A DNA stretch of 64,000 nt from an uncultured virus (IMG/VR IMGVR_UViG_3300001592_000008) (IMGVR_UViG_3300001592_000008); one strand, 5' to 3'. Counted from the first letter of the stretch, positions 47,597-58,836 are shown. The notes: a model not told the origin generated them from the sequence alone. Translations and numbers: made by a program.

Positions 47597-48487
47597 TTAT
47601 TCAAGATTAGAAATTTTACTTTTTATTGTATCTAACTTAGATTGTATAGCAGCAAAATCTGCTATATTAACTGGAACTGTAGAAGTACCTACAGGAGTCA
47701 TTACTGTCAGCTTTTGTATAGCCTTTAACATGTCTTCAAGCAACGTAGCAAGTGTATCTCCTAAAACCATAGGCTCTTTACCTCCGTTGATATTAAACTC
47801 CTTAGCAACTTGTATTTTAACGTTATCCTTATCTGAAGTTATTATATTATCAAATTGGTCTTTGAACTCGGTTTTTTCTTCATTACCTATGATTGAAATC
47901 AATTCTTCGTTATCAGAAGTTTTCAAAAATATACTGAAATCTTTTCTTGAAGTAGCAGTTATTTGATTGGCTGATAAATTTACCTTTCCATCACTTTCTA
48001 AATTCAACAAGCTGTCTTCGGAACCAGAAGAAGTTTTGATGTTAATCAAAGAAGGATTTTCAGAATTGCCTACAACATTTATGTTTAGTGTTGATGAATT
48101 AGCATCTAAAAATATCTCAACAATATTATCTCCAAACTGTTGAACTATTCTTTCTTGATTTTCTTTCAGCAAATTTGTATATCCTTCCTCACTCAGAACT
48201 CCTATGATTATAGGTCTATTGGAAAAATTTTCTCTAACCCAAAACACTGGTGTTCCTCTTTCATTTTGAGTCAAAGGAAATTTTACTTTTTGCAAAACAT
48301 CTGAAAATATCTTTACTGAACTTATATAACCATAACCATATCCTCCATTAATAGTAACAGTTGAAGTTCTGAAACAATCTTCAATATATTGCTTTCTCGT
48401 ATTATCATCAGGAACTACAATGAAGCCAACCCCAGATTGACCCACGGTTGTTTCAGCTCCTCTATTCATTTCAAATTTTGAATTCAT
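47597..48487 (-). CDS. Baseplate central spike/puncturing protein
   Basis: OB-like N-terminus (GTPVFW..PIIIGVL), beta-rich middle, EPMVLGDTL...TPVGTS C-terminus. Confidence 0.65.
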   Translation of the reverse strand: MNSKFEMNRGAETTVGQSGVGFIVVPDDNTRKQYIEDCFRTSTVTINGGYGYGYISSVKIFSDVLQKVKFPLTQNERGTPVFWVRENFSNRPIIIGVLSEEGYTNLLKENQERIVQQFGDNIVEIFLDANSSTLNINVVGNSENPSLINIKTSSGSEDSLLNLESDGKVNLSANQITATSRKDFSIFLKTSDNEELISIIGNEEKTEFKDQFDNIITSDKDNVKIQVAKEFNINGGKEPMVLGDTLATLLEDMLKAIQKLTVMTPVGTSTVPVNIADFAAIQSKLDTIKSKISNLE

Positions 48488-48488
48488 A

Positions 48489-50036
48489 TTACTTATTGTT
48501 TACATAAGTTGATAACAATTGAGAACGTTTCAAGAAGAATGAGAATACATTAACATTAACTTTCCATGATGACATAGATTGTTTCCAAGTTTCAACCGTA
48601 ACTTTATTAACATCAAAATCTTTTCCGAAGTCTATGATGTTAAAATAGCTCATGTTTTCTCCATTCACTTTAACTCCGTCAATGAATTCCATAAACATTC
48701 CTCTTGATACATTCAATGTAGTAGTTCTTTCAACCGAACTATCTCCAACTGAAAAACTATTGCTAACAGAATCAACATAAAATTGCTCTCCATTGGGCAT
48801 TATAACAAGCGTTCCTCTTTTTATCCTCCTATCTCCGTTTAGAGTTATCTGTCCAGAGCGTGTGAATGGATTATAAGCATTGCATTCAATCAAATATTTT
48901 AAATCCCTGACGGCATTCTTTATTATGTTTTCTCCGTTAGCTTTTTTCTGTTCATCTGTTTGTTGGTTCCAATAACCGCTCATGTAGAAATTAACATATT
49001 GACTTTGTATAGTCAAATCCTTACTTCCCCATATTGCAGCGTATTCTGGAAAGAATATAGCAGGCATGTATAGCATCGTTTGGTCCAGACCTCCGAACTC
49101 TGCAAAGGGAATGAGTTGATACCACGAATATATGCCCGCATTTGTCCACCCTATGTTCGTAGATATTATTTCATCTTCCTCGATAGTATATGAAGTCAAG
49201 TCTTGCATTCTTTGAATACCTTCTTTATCAAATGGCGGTTTTCTAACCATGAAATAATATTGGTCACCAAACGTATCTCCAGAGAATTCAACAAGCGGTT
49301 GTTGACAAACTTTATTAAAGAAATTTATCAATGGGCCAGTTTGCATAGATATACTGCTATCAAATATCTGCCTTCCAGACACTGATGAATCCATTAATAA
49401 TTTTGTTATCTGCCATATTCCTGGAGCAAGCCTTTCTCCTACGGAACCAACCTTTGTAGTTGTAGTGACTACTACGTCTTGCTCAATAGCATTAGCATCT
49501 GATTCACTTGTTATATCTACATCTTGATAATTAGATACAGAATCATCGATGTTTTCAGGAAGCATAGCTTGATTTCTTCCTGAATTAACAATCCTGCCTT
49601 TGAAAGTACATTGTTCAGATAAGAATGGAAGTGGATTTACAGCAACTCCTCCTTTTCTTATCTCAAAATGTAAATGTGGACCAGTACTTCTTCCGCATTT
49701 AGGTTTATCCGTAGGAGCACCGCCTGAATAAGCTATCAAATCACCTTCTTTAACAGTCTGTCCTCTTGTAACGGCTGTATTATGAAGATGCATGAAAATC
49801 AAATCATAATAATGACTTGATTCATAATAATATCTCAATTTTAAATACAACCCAGCTCCGTTAGCTTGAGTTGAAATTTGAATAACCTTACCTCCAATTG
49901 GAGCAAGTATCTTGCTATTGACTGGTAATGGAATATCAATACCGTTGTGCATTCTTCCATGTCTCATTCCAAGAACAGAAGAAAGATTCAAAACAGTCTT
50001 TCCTGCTAACCAACCTTTTTTAAATACTGGTATCAT
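48489..50036 (-). CDS. Virion-associated M23 peptidase fused to a baseplate hub-like domain
   Basis: HNGID and STGPHLHFEIR (M23 motifs); C-terminal SGQITLNGDRRIKRG...FYVDSVS...TTLNVSRG. Confidence 0.85.
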   Translation of the reverse strand: MIPVFKKGWLAGKTVLNLSSVLGMRHGRMHNGIDIPLPVNSKILAPIGGKVIQISTQANGAGLYLKLRYYYESSHYYDLIFMHLHNTAVTRGQTVKEGDLIAYSGGAPTDKPKCGRSTGPHLHFEIRKGGVAVNPLPFLSEQCTFKGRIVNSGRNQAMLPENIDDSVSNYQDVDITSESDANAIEQDVVVTTTTKVGSVGERLAPGIWQITKLLMDSSVSGRQIFDSSISMQTGPLINFFNKVCQQPLVEFSGDTFGDQYYFMVRKPPFDKEGIQRMQDLTSYTIEEDEIISTNIGWTNAGIYSWYQLIPFAEFGGLDQTMLYMPAIFFPEYAAIWGSKDLTIQSQYVNFYMSGYWNQQTDEQKKANGENIIKNAVRDLKYLIECNAYNPFTRSGQITLNGDRRIKRGTLVIMPNGEQFYVDSVSNSFSVGDSSVERTTTLNVSRGMFMEFIDGVKVNGENMSYFNIIDFGKDFDVNKVTVETWKQSMSSWKVNVNVFSFFLKRSQLLSTYVNNK

Positions 50037-50038
50037 AA

Positions 50039-51512
50039 TTATCTCAATTTTGGTAGTTCAATATGAATACCGTCCTTTATAACATAACCTTCATTAAGAA
50101 CAGGAACTTTTGGTTTTGATGGAGTTTTACCTCCAATTGGAGCATATTTATCTCTATTAGTGTTTTGTTCAATACCAGAAGAAAAAGCCTCATTTTTCTT
50201 ATTTTGTTTTGAACCTCCTCCTCCGTTATTCCCATTAGCTCCTACAGCAGTACCAGAAGTGTTTGAAGTTACTTCTGGATATAATTCAGCATATTTAGTT
50301 CTTCTGTCTCCCCAATCTTCAAACACATAATCAGGAACTACTTCAATATTTGCTAATTGCGAAATTACTCCCTTCAATATAAAATCAAGTGAACGATTTA
50401 TAGGAGCTGTAAATACATCAATCTGATTAGTGGAACGTCTCAATCTATTTATAGGACTGTTGTAAGTTCCACCTTTCATATCAGCATCCCTTATATCTCC
50501 TTGTTTGCCCATACTTTCAGTATTAGCAAAAATTTGACTTTCTCCCCAAACCGTTGACGTATTGAAAAACAAAGAATTATCATCTGTTATAAGTTTCATC
50601 AAATCTTTACCTGTAACTGTAACACTTCCTTGTCCATTAGCATTTTGATTAACAGATACATTTTCAACCAACCCTATCATATCAAATACTTTAGAGCCGT
50701 TTGCTTTTTCCATTTCCAAATCTTCAAACGAAATGAACAATAAATCATTAGACTGAATTAACCAGTTAAAATAATTATGTTCCATTGAAATCATACCACC
50801 TTTATGAAAAAAGAACTCTCCAAATTCATAAACGTCTTTCTGAGAAGCAACTCTATCAATGTAAGAAAGTTTTTTATTATTTTCTTGCATTTTAGTTTCA
50901 ACTTCAACCAAATCTTGAATTGAATTAATTATCGGAAGAGTTATTGAAAAAGTTCCTCCCGAAGCTGAAACGTTAGTAGCTACATTTATTATGAATTTTG
51001 AAATATTGATGAATTTGTTATTATTTGAACGGTTAAAAACTTTTTGTATCATTCAAATTGCCGGCATAATATAATGACTTAAACCATCCATAAACAGAAC
51101 AAGTTGGAGCTAATTTCTTTGTAGAACGGTCAATGATATATCCTTCGTTTTGAATTATATTTTGTATAGCTTCATTGGCAAAAGCATACAAATCTTCTAA
51201 ATTAGTTTTGAAAATTTTGTTTAGAGAAATTTGCTAATTCATATGTAACCAATTTAGCTTCTATTTTAAGAGTACAAAGGNCAAGGTAAGTACTATATCA
51301 GTTTTCAAATCACTTTCAGTAATTTCCTTTTTTCCTAAACTCTTAGCATATTCAGCTTTTTGTTCCAAAGACATTTGAGAAAAAATTAGCTTCCTATTGT
51401 ATTCAAACAAATCGTCCACGGAAATTACATTTGTGTATATGTAATTCACTTCCATGAAATCTGCTAATGTTTTAGCTTTGGAATTATGATGATATAAAGT
51501 TAAATATTTCAT
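50039..51512 (-). CDS. Baseplate hub N-terminal-like protein (frameshifted around 51050-51290)
   Basis: ORFs 51261..51512 and 50039..51052 are bridged by coding-like frames (NLEDLYAFANEAIQNIIQNEGYII...VYGWFKSLYY); N at 51281. Confidence 0.6.
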
Positions 51513-51515
51513 TGC

Positions 51516-53549
51516 TTAAAATACTTTTGATTTTAAATAATCAAAGAAGCTCTGCTGCCCTGTTATAACCTTCTGTAAATCTGTTACTATGTTTTCCAAA
51601 ACAGAAACTCCTGAATAAACTCCATCACTTAATGTAATCAATCCTTGAGTAAGCTCGGAAGTATAATTTTTAACCTGCAAAGCATATTCATCTTTGTTAG
51701 AGCCTTGGAATGTTTGACCTGTTGCTAATGTAGCTCCTGCTTGACCTTTCGTTATTCCTTCCCAAATTGATTTTCTTCTTTCTGGGCTTTCTATGCCTTG
51801 AAGTTGAGATTGAATCATCCAATATCCCATAGGAGTATCATAACCGCCATACATGTTAGTCAGCTTCTGCATATTACCTCTATTTATCATACCCATTTTT
51901 TGAGGGTCATGTAAATATTGGTCAATCAAATCCGTTCTTCCTCTGGTTTCAGGGAACATCTCTTCAACGGTACTATACAGAACAGCTTTCATTCTATCAT
52001 TCTGAGGATTGATAAGCTGGTTTTGCACTGTTTTTATATCACCTGAAGTTCTACTATCAACCGTATAATTTTTCAGCTTAGCAAATGCCTCTATATCTCT
52101 GTTAGCAGCTCCGTAACTCGGCTTGTCTTGAAATCTCATATATTGAGACATCAAGTCTTGTTGCATGCCAAGATACTCTTGAACCCTAACATAATTGCCT
52201 TGAGAAACTCCGCTGTTTTGTACTCTGGAAAGTCTCTCAACTAAATTAGAAATAGCATCTGTCGCATTAACTCCATACCTATCAAATTTTCCAGCTTCTC
52301 CTAAAGAACCGCTACTCAAAGAAAACACTCTTTCAAGAGCTTCTTGTAAATATGATTCTTTAACACCACCCTGAGCAGTACCTCTTTGTTTTATTCTTCT
52401 TTCTGAAGATTGGGCAAATTCAGGAACCGATAAACCCATATCATAAATACTGGCATATCCTCCTCCGTATGGACTATAATCCCACATATCTTGATACATC
52501 CTTTGTCTTGTATCTTCAATGCTGGCGTTACCTCTTATAAGTGCAGCAAGTCCAGCCATTTGGTCTGACTTCTGCGCTTCTTGTGAAAATAAAGTTCCAA
52601 CGGTAGCTAATGGTTTCAAGAACGCTAATGACTTAGCAGCTGCTTTATCACTCATTCCGAACATAGAAGTCAACGCTTGACCTCCTCCCATTATCATTGA
52701 ACCTAAATCTTTGTTAGCTATACCACGAACTATTTGGTCAAATCCCATCATAGTTTGTATGGTACGCAATCCATAATCAATTTTAGGCTCTTCTTTTTTA
52801 CCGTTTACTACATCATTTATTTGTGAATCAATTTCTCTGACTCTTGCTGCTGCAGCTCTGGAAGTTTCCTCATCTTCAGCAGTGTCTCTTTCAACGATAG
52901 CTTTTTGACGTTCTTGTCTTAATTGACTAAGGAATGAATTTGGATTTAAGTTTCCGCCATTTCTTCTTATCTCGTCAGTCAAATCTCGAATGACTTTAGT
53001 CAAATCTTCATTTGATTGTTGACGTTCTTGATTTTCTTCTTTGTCTATATTTTCATTTTCAACATCAAACGCAGAACCTACTCTTTGAAATTCAGCTTCT
53101 CTTTTATTTTCCCAAAAGTCTTCAATCCTTCTTTTTTCATTAGCATCGGTTATCCCTTCAAGTGCTCTTTTCTTACTTTCATCAATAGTGCTTTCAATCC
53201 TATCATATTCAGCAGTCATACGTGTTTGAGCATCAGCTCTTCTCGTACCATATTTTTGAGTTATGTCAGCATTGATTTGTTCTCTTTGAACTTGTTCTGC
53301 TTGCTGAATAATAGGCTTGTAAGTATTATTGCCAGGAACAAATACTGCCCCCTGTTGAATGATAGCTCTTCTTACTTCTTCTACCAATCTTGAATCAGGT
53401 GGTTGCACAGGTGATGATGAAGGTATTGTACCCCCGCCAGTTGGAGGATTAGAAGGTGGAGGAGTTGGCTGATTTTGATTTCCACCTCCTCCGTTTCCTC
53501 CTCCCGAAGAACCTGCATTGCCTTGTATGTTTACAGTTACGTTAGCCAT
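51516..53549 (-). CDS. Tape measure protein
   Basis: Helical, Gln/Ala/Gly-rich; follows the tail chaperone genes. Confidence 0.7.
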   Translation of the reverse strand: MANVTVNIQGNAGSSGGGNGGGGNQNQPTPPPSNPPTGGGTIPSSSPVQPPDSRLVEEVRRAIIQQGAVFVPGNNTYKPIIQQAEQVQREQINADITQKYGTRRADAQTRMTAEYDRIESTIDESKKRALEGITDANEKRRIEDFWENKREAEFQRVGSAFDVENENIDKEENQERQQSNEDLTKVIRDLTDEIRRNGGNLNPNSFLSQLRQERQKAIVERDTAEDEETSRAAAARVREIDSQINDVVNGKKEEPKIDYGLRTIQTMMGFDQIVRGIANKDLGSMIMGGGQALTSMFGMSDKAAAKSLAFLKPLATVGTLFSQEAQKSDQMAGLAALIRGNASIEDTRQRMYQDMWDYSPYGGGYASIYDMGLSVPEFAQSSERRIKQRGTAQGGVKESYLQEALERVFSLSSGSLGEAGKFDRYGVNATDAISNLVERLSRVQNSGVSQGNYVRVQEYLGMQQDLMSQYMRFQDKPSYGAANRDIEAFAKLKNYTVDSRTSGDIKTVQNQLINPQNDRMKAVLYSTVEEMFPETRGRTDLIDQYLHDPQKMGMINRGNMQKLTNMYGGYDTPMGYWMIQSQLQGIESPERRKSIWEGITKGQAGATLATGQTFQGSNKDEYALQVKNYTSELTQGLITLSDGVYSGVSVLENIVTDLQKVITGQQSFFDYLKSKVF

Positions 53550-53853
53550 TATTGAATTCTTCTAAATTTAACTTTTCATAATCTTCATCAATCTCTTCTT
53601 GAGAAACGTGGATATTTTCATCATACTCCTCTTCAGATTTTTTCGCTTTTTCTCTGAGATTTTTGATTTCAATTTCTTCTTGATACTCTATGTACATATC
53701 AATGAAGTTCATTGACCTATGTTTAAGAGAACCAAACGGAATATTGTATTTTTTTCTCCACCAATAATCAAGAATAAAACCGCTGTGCCAAGTTGCTATG
53801 AAGTTAATCACTTTCTGACGCATCTCGCTTGTTTTCTGATTCGATGGATTCAT
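53542..53853 (-). CDS. Tail assembly chaperone 2-like protein
   Basis: WWRKKYNIP motif; lies between the chaperone and tape measure genes. Confidence 0.6.
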   Translation of the reverse strand: MNPSNQKTSEMRQKVINFIATWHSGFILDYWWRKKYNIPFGSLKHRSMNFIDMYIEYQEEIEIKNLREKAKKSEEEYDENIHVSQEEIDEDYEKLNLEEFNNG

Positions 53854-54208
53854 TAGCAGATGAATAAAGTTGTTCTAACATTTGAGAGTACCAAGGTAAA
53901 ATATCTTTCTTATAGATATTAACCAATTCTTTTACAGATTCAGGTTTCATTTGAGTGTAATCAATATTATCCTCTTCCTCTGTAATGAAATTTCTCAACT
54001 TAGGGCACATTACACTTAGAAAGGCAATGGTATCTACCATATCCAGTATAAAGTACATAGACTTTATTCCAGATGCTGCAAATGAGCCGTATTTGCCTCC
54101 AGTCAAAGCGTTTTTCAACGATTCAATGTCAATCATCTGTCCCACATTAGGGAACTTAATTGGAAATTTTTTACCGCTGTAATTAATGGTAATTTCTCTT
54201 TCAATCAT
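53804..54208 (-). CDS. Tail assembly chaperone
   Basis: Lies between the tube and tape measure genes. Confidence 0.65.
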   Translation of the reverse strand: MIEREITINYSGKKFPIKFPNVGQMIDIESLKNALTGGKYGSFAASGIKSMYFILDMVDTIAFLSVMCPKLRNFITEEEDNIDYTQMKPESVKELVNIYKKDILPWYSQMLEQLYSSANESIESENKRDASESD

Positions 54209-54232
54209 AATTTTACAATTTTATATTAACAA

Positions 54233-54267
54233 TAAAGCACTGCCTCCATATAGGAAGTAGTGCTTTA
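54233..54267 (-). terminator. Hairpin terminator after the tail tube gene
   Basis: TAAAGCACT...AGTGCTTTA. Confidence 0.65.
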
Positions 54268-54294
54268 ATTATAACTGTGATTTGTCAATTCACG

Positions 54295-54796
54295 CTACGC
54301 TGAAACTACGCTGTTGTATAAGATAGGAGTTGTATATTCAAATTCAGTGTCTCTTCCTGAAATTTGACCTTCTTGAATATCAAATCCTTCTCTTGTAGCA
54401 AAAGCTCCTGAAACCTTAGCAAATGTTTCATATTTACTTTTAACAATTCCTGTTTCAGCATCAATCTCTCCGTCTTTAACCTTTCTAAGAATAGCAATTT
54501 CCAAACCATCCTCTTGTAAGAGTAAAGCGTTTGCCCACTCTTCAAGTGAATTAGCGTTTCTGAAAGTTCCTTTCTTTGAAATGTTTGCCAATAGATTAAA
54601 ATTGATAGTATAAGATGAACAAGTCAAACTGCCCTGCCATTCCAATGCTGGAAGCTCCGAAGGAGTCAAAGTGCCTAAACCAGTCACCCTTCCTCTACGT
54701 ATGCTTTACAGTAATACGGACATTCTTCATTTTGCCCACCGTTACACTATTTATTTGAATAATAGCTAATGGCGCTGTCATTACTTTCTTTTCCAT
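54295..54796 (-). CDS. Tail tube protein (1-nt insertion near 54708)
   Basis: ATG at 54796 gives MEKKVMTAPLAIIQINSVTVGKMKNVRIT; removing one T continues ESIRRGRVTGLG into ORF 54295..54687. Directly after the sheath gene. Confidence 0.8.
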
Positions 54797-54807
54797 AATT
54801 ACTCAAA

Positions 54808-56424
54808 TTAAAAAGTGAAATCTAAAATGTTACCAATAAAGAACGTCTTGTTAACAGGAACGTTTGGAACAAAATCATATGTGATAAAATAGTCACTGTT
54901 TTTAGCAACCACTTTAACATTTTTCCAAGAAATCAACAAATTATCACTTCCTGGAGAAGCTACCAAAGAAGCAAGTTTAGTTTCGGTAAAATTCTTAACG
55001 GATTGAGGAGAAGCCTGAGCAGCTGTCTGACCAGTGAATCTTGTTTGACCTTCCAAAATAAGTTCCTTGTTCAACTGAGACTTGATAAGCTCTATGGACA
55101 ACTCAAATGATTGACCGTCATCAGCAATCGTTTTCTTATTGTCCAATAAAGTTGTAATACCTTGATTTATGCACCAATATCCAGATACATTACGAACATG
55201 CATAATACCAACCTGTAACGCTCTTTCTCTTTCTCGCTTTTTCAAATCATAAGCAAATGATTGATATCCTACACGTTTGAAGGTAAGCGGAGTTTGAGCA
55301 GCCATCCCTGCATTCAAACCTACTACCGCAGCAGCAAGATAGATAGTGTGAAGCTGTTTAGTTCCGTTTTGGTCTTTTCTTGTAACGATAGGAGCACCGT
55401 GAACGCAAACAACCTGACCTGAATTAAAGAACTTAGCAATTGACTGAGAAGAGTTTGAATCACCAAATAAATCGGTATCATCTTCACCTCCAGGAACAAC
55501 CATAAATTCAGTGAACTTAGCATCTTGTTTAAGGAAGGTAAACAATTTACCATTAGTAGATGCTTCTACTCCCTTACCTTCAGCAGCATTAAGATTAGTG
55601 CATAAGAAGAAAGTAACATCTAATTCAGCAATTGATTCCAAAACATCTGCGTATTCAGTCCCACTCAAATATTGAGTAGTTCCGCCAGTTGCTAAAACTT
55701 GAGCTAATGTATTCAATTCAGTAGCTCCTGCTCCAGTCATTGATACTACGAAATTAGCAAGCATAGAACGATTGTTTTTTGCCCAATCGTAAAGCTCTTG
55801 AAGAGTTGTCAAATCATCTGATTCAACAATTAAATTTGGAGTTGCGTCCGCCAAACTCTTAGCTCCAAATGCTTCTCCCGATTCATCCACTCCCATAAAT
55901 GAACCACGATAAACTTGTAACTTAAAAGTGTCAGCCGTTTCTCCAGTCACAATCTTAGCTGCATATCCCACTTTGAGAACTCCATCCACCGCTACTCCAT
56001 TCCCAACAATACCTTCGTTCTTGCATTTAAGAACCAAAGCGTTGCCTACTGAAAGAGTTAATGTAAGAGTTGCACAAGTAGTAGTAGCAGCACGGACATA
56101 ATAAAGTTTTGGAGCACCTGCTGCTCCTTCAATTGGAGTGAAAATCTTTGAAGCTATATCTCCAACAAGTCCTCCTCCCATGAAAGACAAAAAGTCTTCA
56201 TAGTTTGAAAACTCGTAAACAGATTTCAAGCCTTGATTTAATTCTCCTTTGACTCCAGAACCACCAGCAAATTCATAATCGCCATTTTTTGCTAACCCTG
56301 TATCAATTATCATAACATTACCGAACTCAGCAACGTTGACAACTGAAGTAGGATTATAAACCGTAGCAGCATATGAACCAGGCTCAATGTAATTCTTGCC
56401 ATGAAAATTTACTACTGTTGCCAT
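54808..56424 (-). CDS. Contractile tail sheath protein
   Basis: N-terminal YIEPGSY; C-terminal QGITT...ITYDFVPNVPVNKTF. Confidence 0.9.
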   Translation of the reverse strand: MATVVNFHGKNYIEPGSYAATVYNPTSVVNVAEFGNVMIIDTGLAKNGDYEFAGGSGVKGELNQGLKSVYEFSNYEDFLSFMGGGLVGDIASKIFTPIEGAAGAPKLYYVRAATTTCATLTLTLSVGNALVLKCKNEGIVGNGVAVDGVLKVGYAAKIVTGETADTFKLQVYRGSFMGVDESGEAFGAKSLADATPNLIVESDDLTTLQELYDWAKNNRSMLANFVVSMTGAGATELNTLAQVLATGGTTQYLSGTEYADVLESIAELDVTFFLCTNLNAAEGKGVEASTNGKLFTFLKQDAKFTEFMVVPGGEDDTDLFGDSNSSQSIAKFFNSGQVVCVHGAPIVTRKDQNGTKQLHTIYLAAAVVGLNAGMAAQTPLTFKRVGYQSFAYDLKKRERERALQVGIMHVRNVSGYWCINQGITTLLDNKKTIADDGQSFELSIELIKSQLNKELILEGQTRFTGQTAAQASPQSVKNFTETKLASLVASPGSDNLLISWKNVKVVAKNSDYFITYDFVPNVPVNKTFFIGNILDFTF

Positions 56425-56468
56425 AATCTTTTTGTTTATAAGAATTTTATTCAGTTTCTACTCACTCT

Positions 56469-57176
56469 TTATACTTGCTGTTGATAAGTATCATCGTTGT
56501 TTTCAATAGCTCTCATAGTAATATAGAACTTCTTGGCTACTTCCTGTTTTACAAGTTGTGGAACATTATGTTCATATTTAAAAGAAATATTGATAACTTT
56601 ATGAAATATTGGTACTGGACTTAAATCGTCTTGCATCATTATATCATTTCCCGATAAAGAAGGAATGCGAATACCCATCAACTCCAAATGAGGTACAAGC
56701 ATTAGCAGCATACTTTTCAGTATGTTATACACTACGTTTACTTCAGAAGAGTTATTGCTTGTAATCATGATTTGATAAGTACAATCATACATCTGAGTAA
56801 AGTATTGTTGAGTTCCTGTCTTAACTCCGTTAGCGTCAACAATATCATCTTCAATGTATCCTTCATCTTCTCCAATTGTAGAACTACCTTGTTCAGAAGG
56901 AAGAAGAATGTGCATTGAGATGACTTTAGCTACTTGCTGATTGTATCCGAAATTAACAGATAAACTATCAGGAGTTAAAATCATTTTTTTAGCTTGTTTA
57001 AAATAATTATACAAATTCATTTTTATAGGTTTGCCTTCTTCATCAACCCCCAATAATTTGTATAATATAGTTTCTTTGTCATCGCTTACATGTTCTTGCA
57101 AATCTTCACGAAGCAATTTGACTATTGTTTCCAAAGTGTTATATATAACTATCTCTGGTAAAAGTATTCCACTCAT
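56469..57176 (-). CDS. Tail terminator/completion protein
   Basis: Directly upstream of the sheath gene. Confidence 0.6.
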   Translation of the reverse strand: MSGILLPEIVIYNTLETIVKLLREDLQEHVSDDKETILYKLLGVDEEGKPIKMNLYNYFKQAKKMILTPDSLSVNFGYNQQVAKVISMHILLPSEQGSSTIGEDEGYIEDDIVDANGVKTGTQQYFTQMYDCTYQIMITSNNSSEVNVVYNILKSMLLMLVPHLELMGIRIPSLSGNDIMMQDDLSPVPIFHKVINISFKYEHNVPQLVKQEVAKKFYITMRAIENNDDTYQQQV

Positions 57177-57976
57177 AATACACTTTCTAAATATGTTGTA
57201 ACTTCGTTTTCTACAATAGTATCAACGTCAGTTTTATTTACCGCTTCTTCAGCCAAGTTGTACGCTTTAATACCCTTGTTTATCCAACTCATAGGGTCAG
57301 AATTTGCTCCAGCTCTTCGGAAAGTACCATAAGTATTTTGAGAAGTTTTGCCATATTGAGCACTTCTTTTAGTCAGACCTTCATAAATTGAATTCTTATG
57401 AGTATATTCAGCATAATAAGGATTATTTGGAGTTGCTTCAATAGCAGCTCTTGATTGAGGAACTTCATAAGGAGAAGGAATTTCACGAACAGTCAAGCCT
57501 TGACCTGAAGCTCTCTTTCTCATTATATCATAAATTTCTTGAGGCATTTCGCCAGTGAAACCAGCTTGACCAAGAGTTCCTGGAGTACCAATACGAAAAG
57601 GAATTGTTAAATACCAATCACCGCCTTTGTAAACTTGTTTACCTTTTTTGTTATAAACTGGAATAGTGTACTTTACCTTTGATGACTTTTTGAAACCTTC
57701 CTTCATATCAAAGGCAGAAGCTCCTTGTTCAATCATATTAGGTAGAATGCCAGTAAGAACTAATTGCTTAGCAAATCTACCTTTGTCAACCTTAATTATA
57801 TTTTGAGTATATTCGGGAAGTGTTGAATTCAATTTTTGTTTAGCAAGAGCTTGCCAGTTTGCATATATAGCAGCAGTGACAGCGTTGACGCAAGTTTCCG
57901 TCAACATATCAATACTTTTAGGACTAAGTCCAAATTGATTTTGCAATCCTGATAAATCTATTACTATTGGATTCAT
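57173..57976 (-). CDS. Neck/tail completion protein
   Basis: IEQGASAFDMK, YLTIPFR, YGTFRR...SW motifs; synteny. Confidence 0.65.
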   Translation of the reverse strand: MNPIVIDLSGLQNQFGLSPKSIDMLTETCVNAVTAAIYANWQALAKQKLNSTLPEYTQNIIKVDKGRFAKQLVLTGILPNMIEQGASAFDMKEGFKKSSKVKYTIPVYNKKGKQVYKGGDWYLTIPFRIGTPGTLGQAGFTGEMPQEIYDIMRKRASGQGLTVREIPSPYEVPQSRAAIEATPNNPYYAEYTHKNSIYEGLTKRSAQYGKTSQNTYGTFRRAGANSDPMSWINKGIKAYNLAEEAVNKTDVDTIVENEVTTYLESVL

Positions 57977-58836
57977 TCTCTTTCTTTCGCAGGTAATACT
58001 GTATTTTCAAAACTTTCTTCTCCGAACTTTTGAGCATCGAATAAATAATGAGCCTTTCTCGCTAAAACGTTTATAGGCATTTGTCTCAACTTTTCATCGT
58101 TGTAAGAACAGAACCTACTTTCACGAACTTTCATAAGCTCTCTATTTACGTCAATAACATGGTAAACAGGAAAATGAGAGTATCTGATGGAAATGCTTAT
58201 AGGTATTTCAGACTTGTTTTTTACATTCATATCATCAATTGATATTTTATCTTGAATGCCTAAATCAAATACAATTTTGTTACCATCAATTACATACTCA
58301 TCTTCTTTTATGCTTATTAGTTTTTCGTTATCGGAAGAGAACAGAAACATATCCGTGACCTTTAATGGCTCGTAAACAGGATAAGCAATGATTTCTCCCT
58401 GAAAATATATAGGTCTTATAATTTCTGAATAAAACTCTTCTAATTGAGTAAGAATGATTTTATCCATAAATCCAAGTTTATCAATTCCTTTGGTTGTTAT
58501 TGAAGCAGTTCCACGATTAACTTCACTCCAATTTTCATAACGTTTCTTGCTGTCCATGTGTTGGGCAATCAATCTCGTTTCAGTTCTATCAACAAAAAAC
58601 CAGCCTCTTCCTAAACAATTTTTACAAGTGGATAGAGCCTGGCCTGTTGCCTTATCTACGCAAGGACATCTTAAAGCTCTATCAATTAAAGCATCATATC
58701 CTTGTGATTGAATAAGTTCTTCAAAATCATCTACTCTCCAACCAACTCTATTTTCGATAACAGATGGAGGTGTTTGGTAAGCAGTAGGTTTATCAGTAAC
58801 TATACTTTTTCTGTTTTTACCATTACTTTCAACCAT
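57973..58836 (-). CDS. Head closure/neck protein
   Basis: RALRCPC...CKNCLGRGW, as in SPO1/Twort-like neck proteins. Confidence 0.7.
   Translation of the reverse strand: MVESNGKNRKSIVTDKPTAYQTPPSVIENRVGWRVDDFEELIQSQGYDALIDRALRCPCVDKATGQALSTCKNCLGRGWFFVDRTETRLIAQHMDSKKRYENWSEVNRGTASITTKGIDKLGFMDKIILTQLEEFYSEIIRPIYFQGEIIAYPVYEPLKVTDMFLFSSDNEKLISIKEDEYVIDGNKIVFDLGIQDKISIDDMNVKNKSEIPISISIRYSHFPVYHVIDVNRELMKVRESRFCSYNDEKLRQMPINVLARKAHYLFDAQKFGEESFENTVLPAKERE

Noticed and set aside
53542..54208. Programmed -1 frameshift between the tail chaperone genes
   Set aside because: The second ORF is in the +1 frame, has its own ATGs, and I see no X XXY YYZ slippery heptamer in the overlap.
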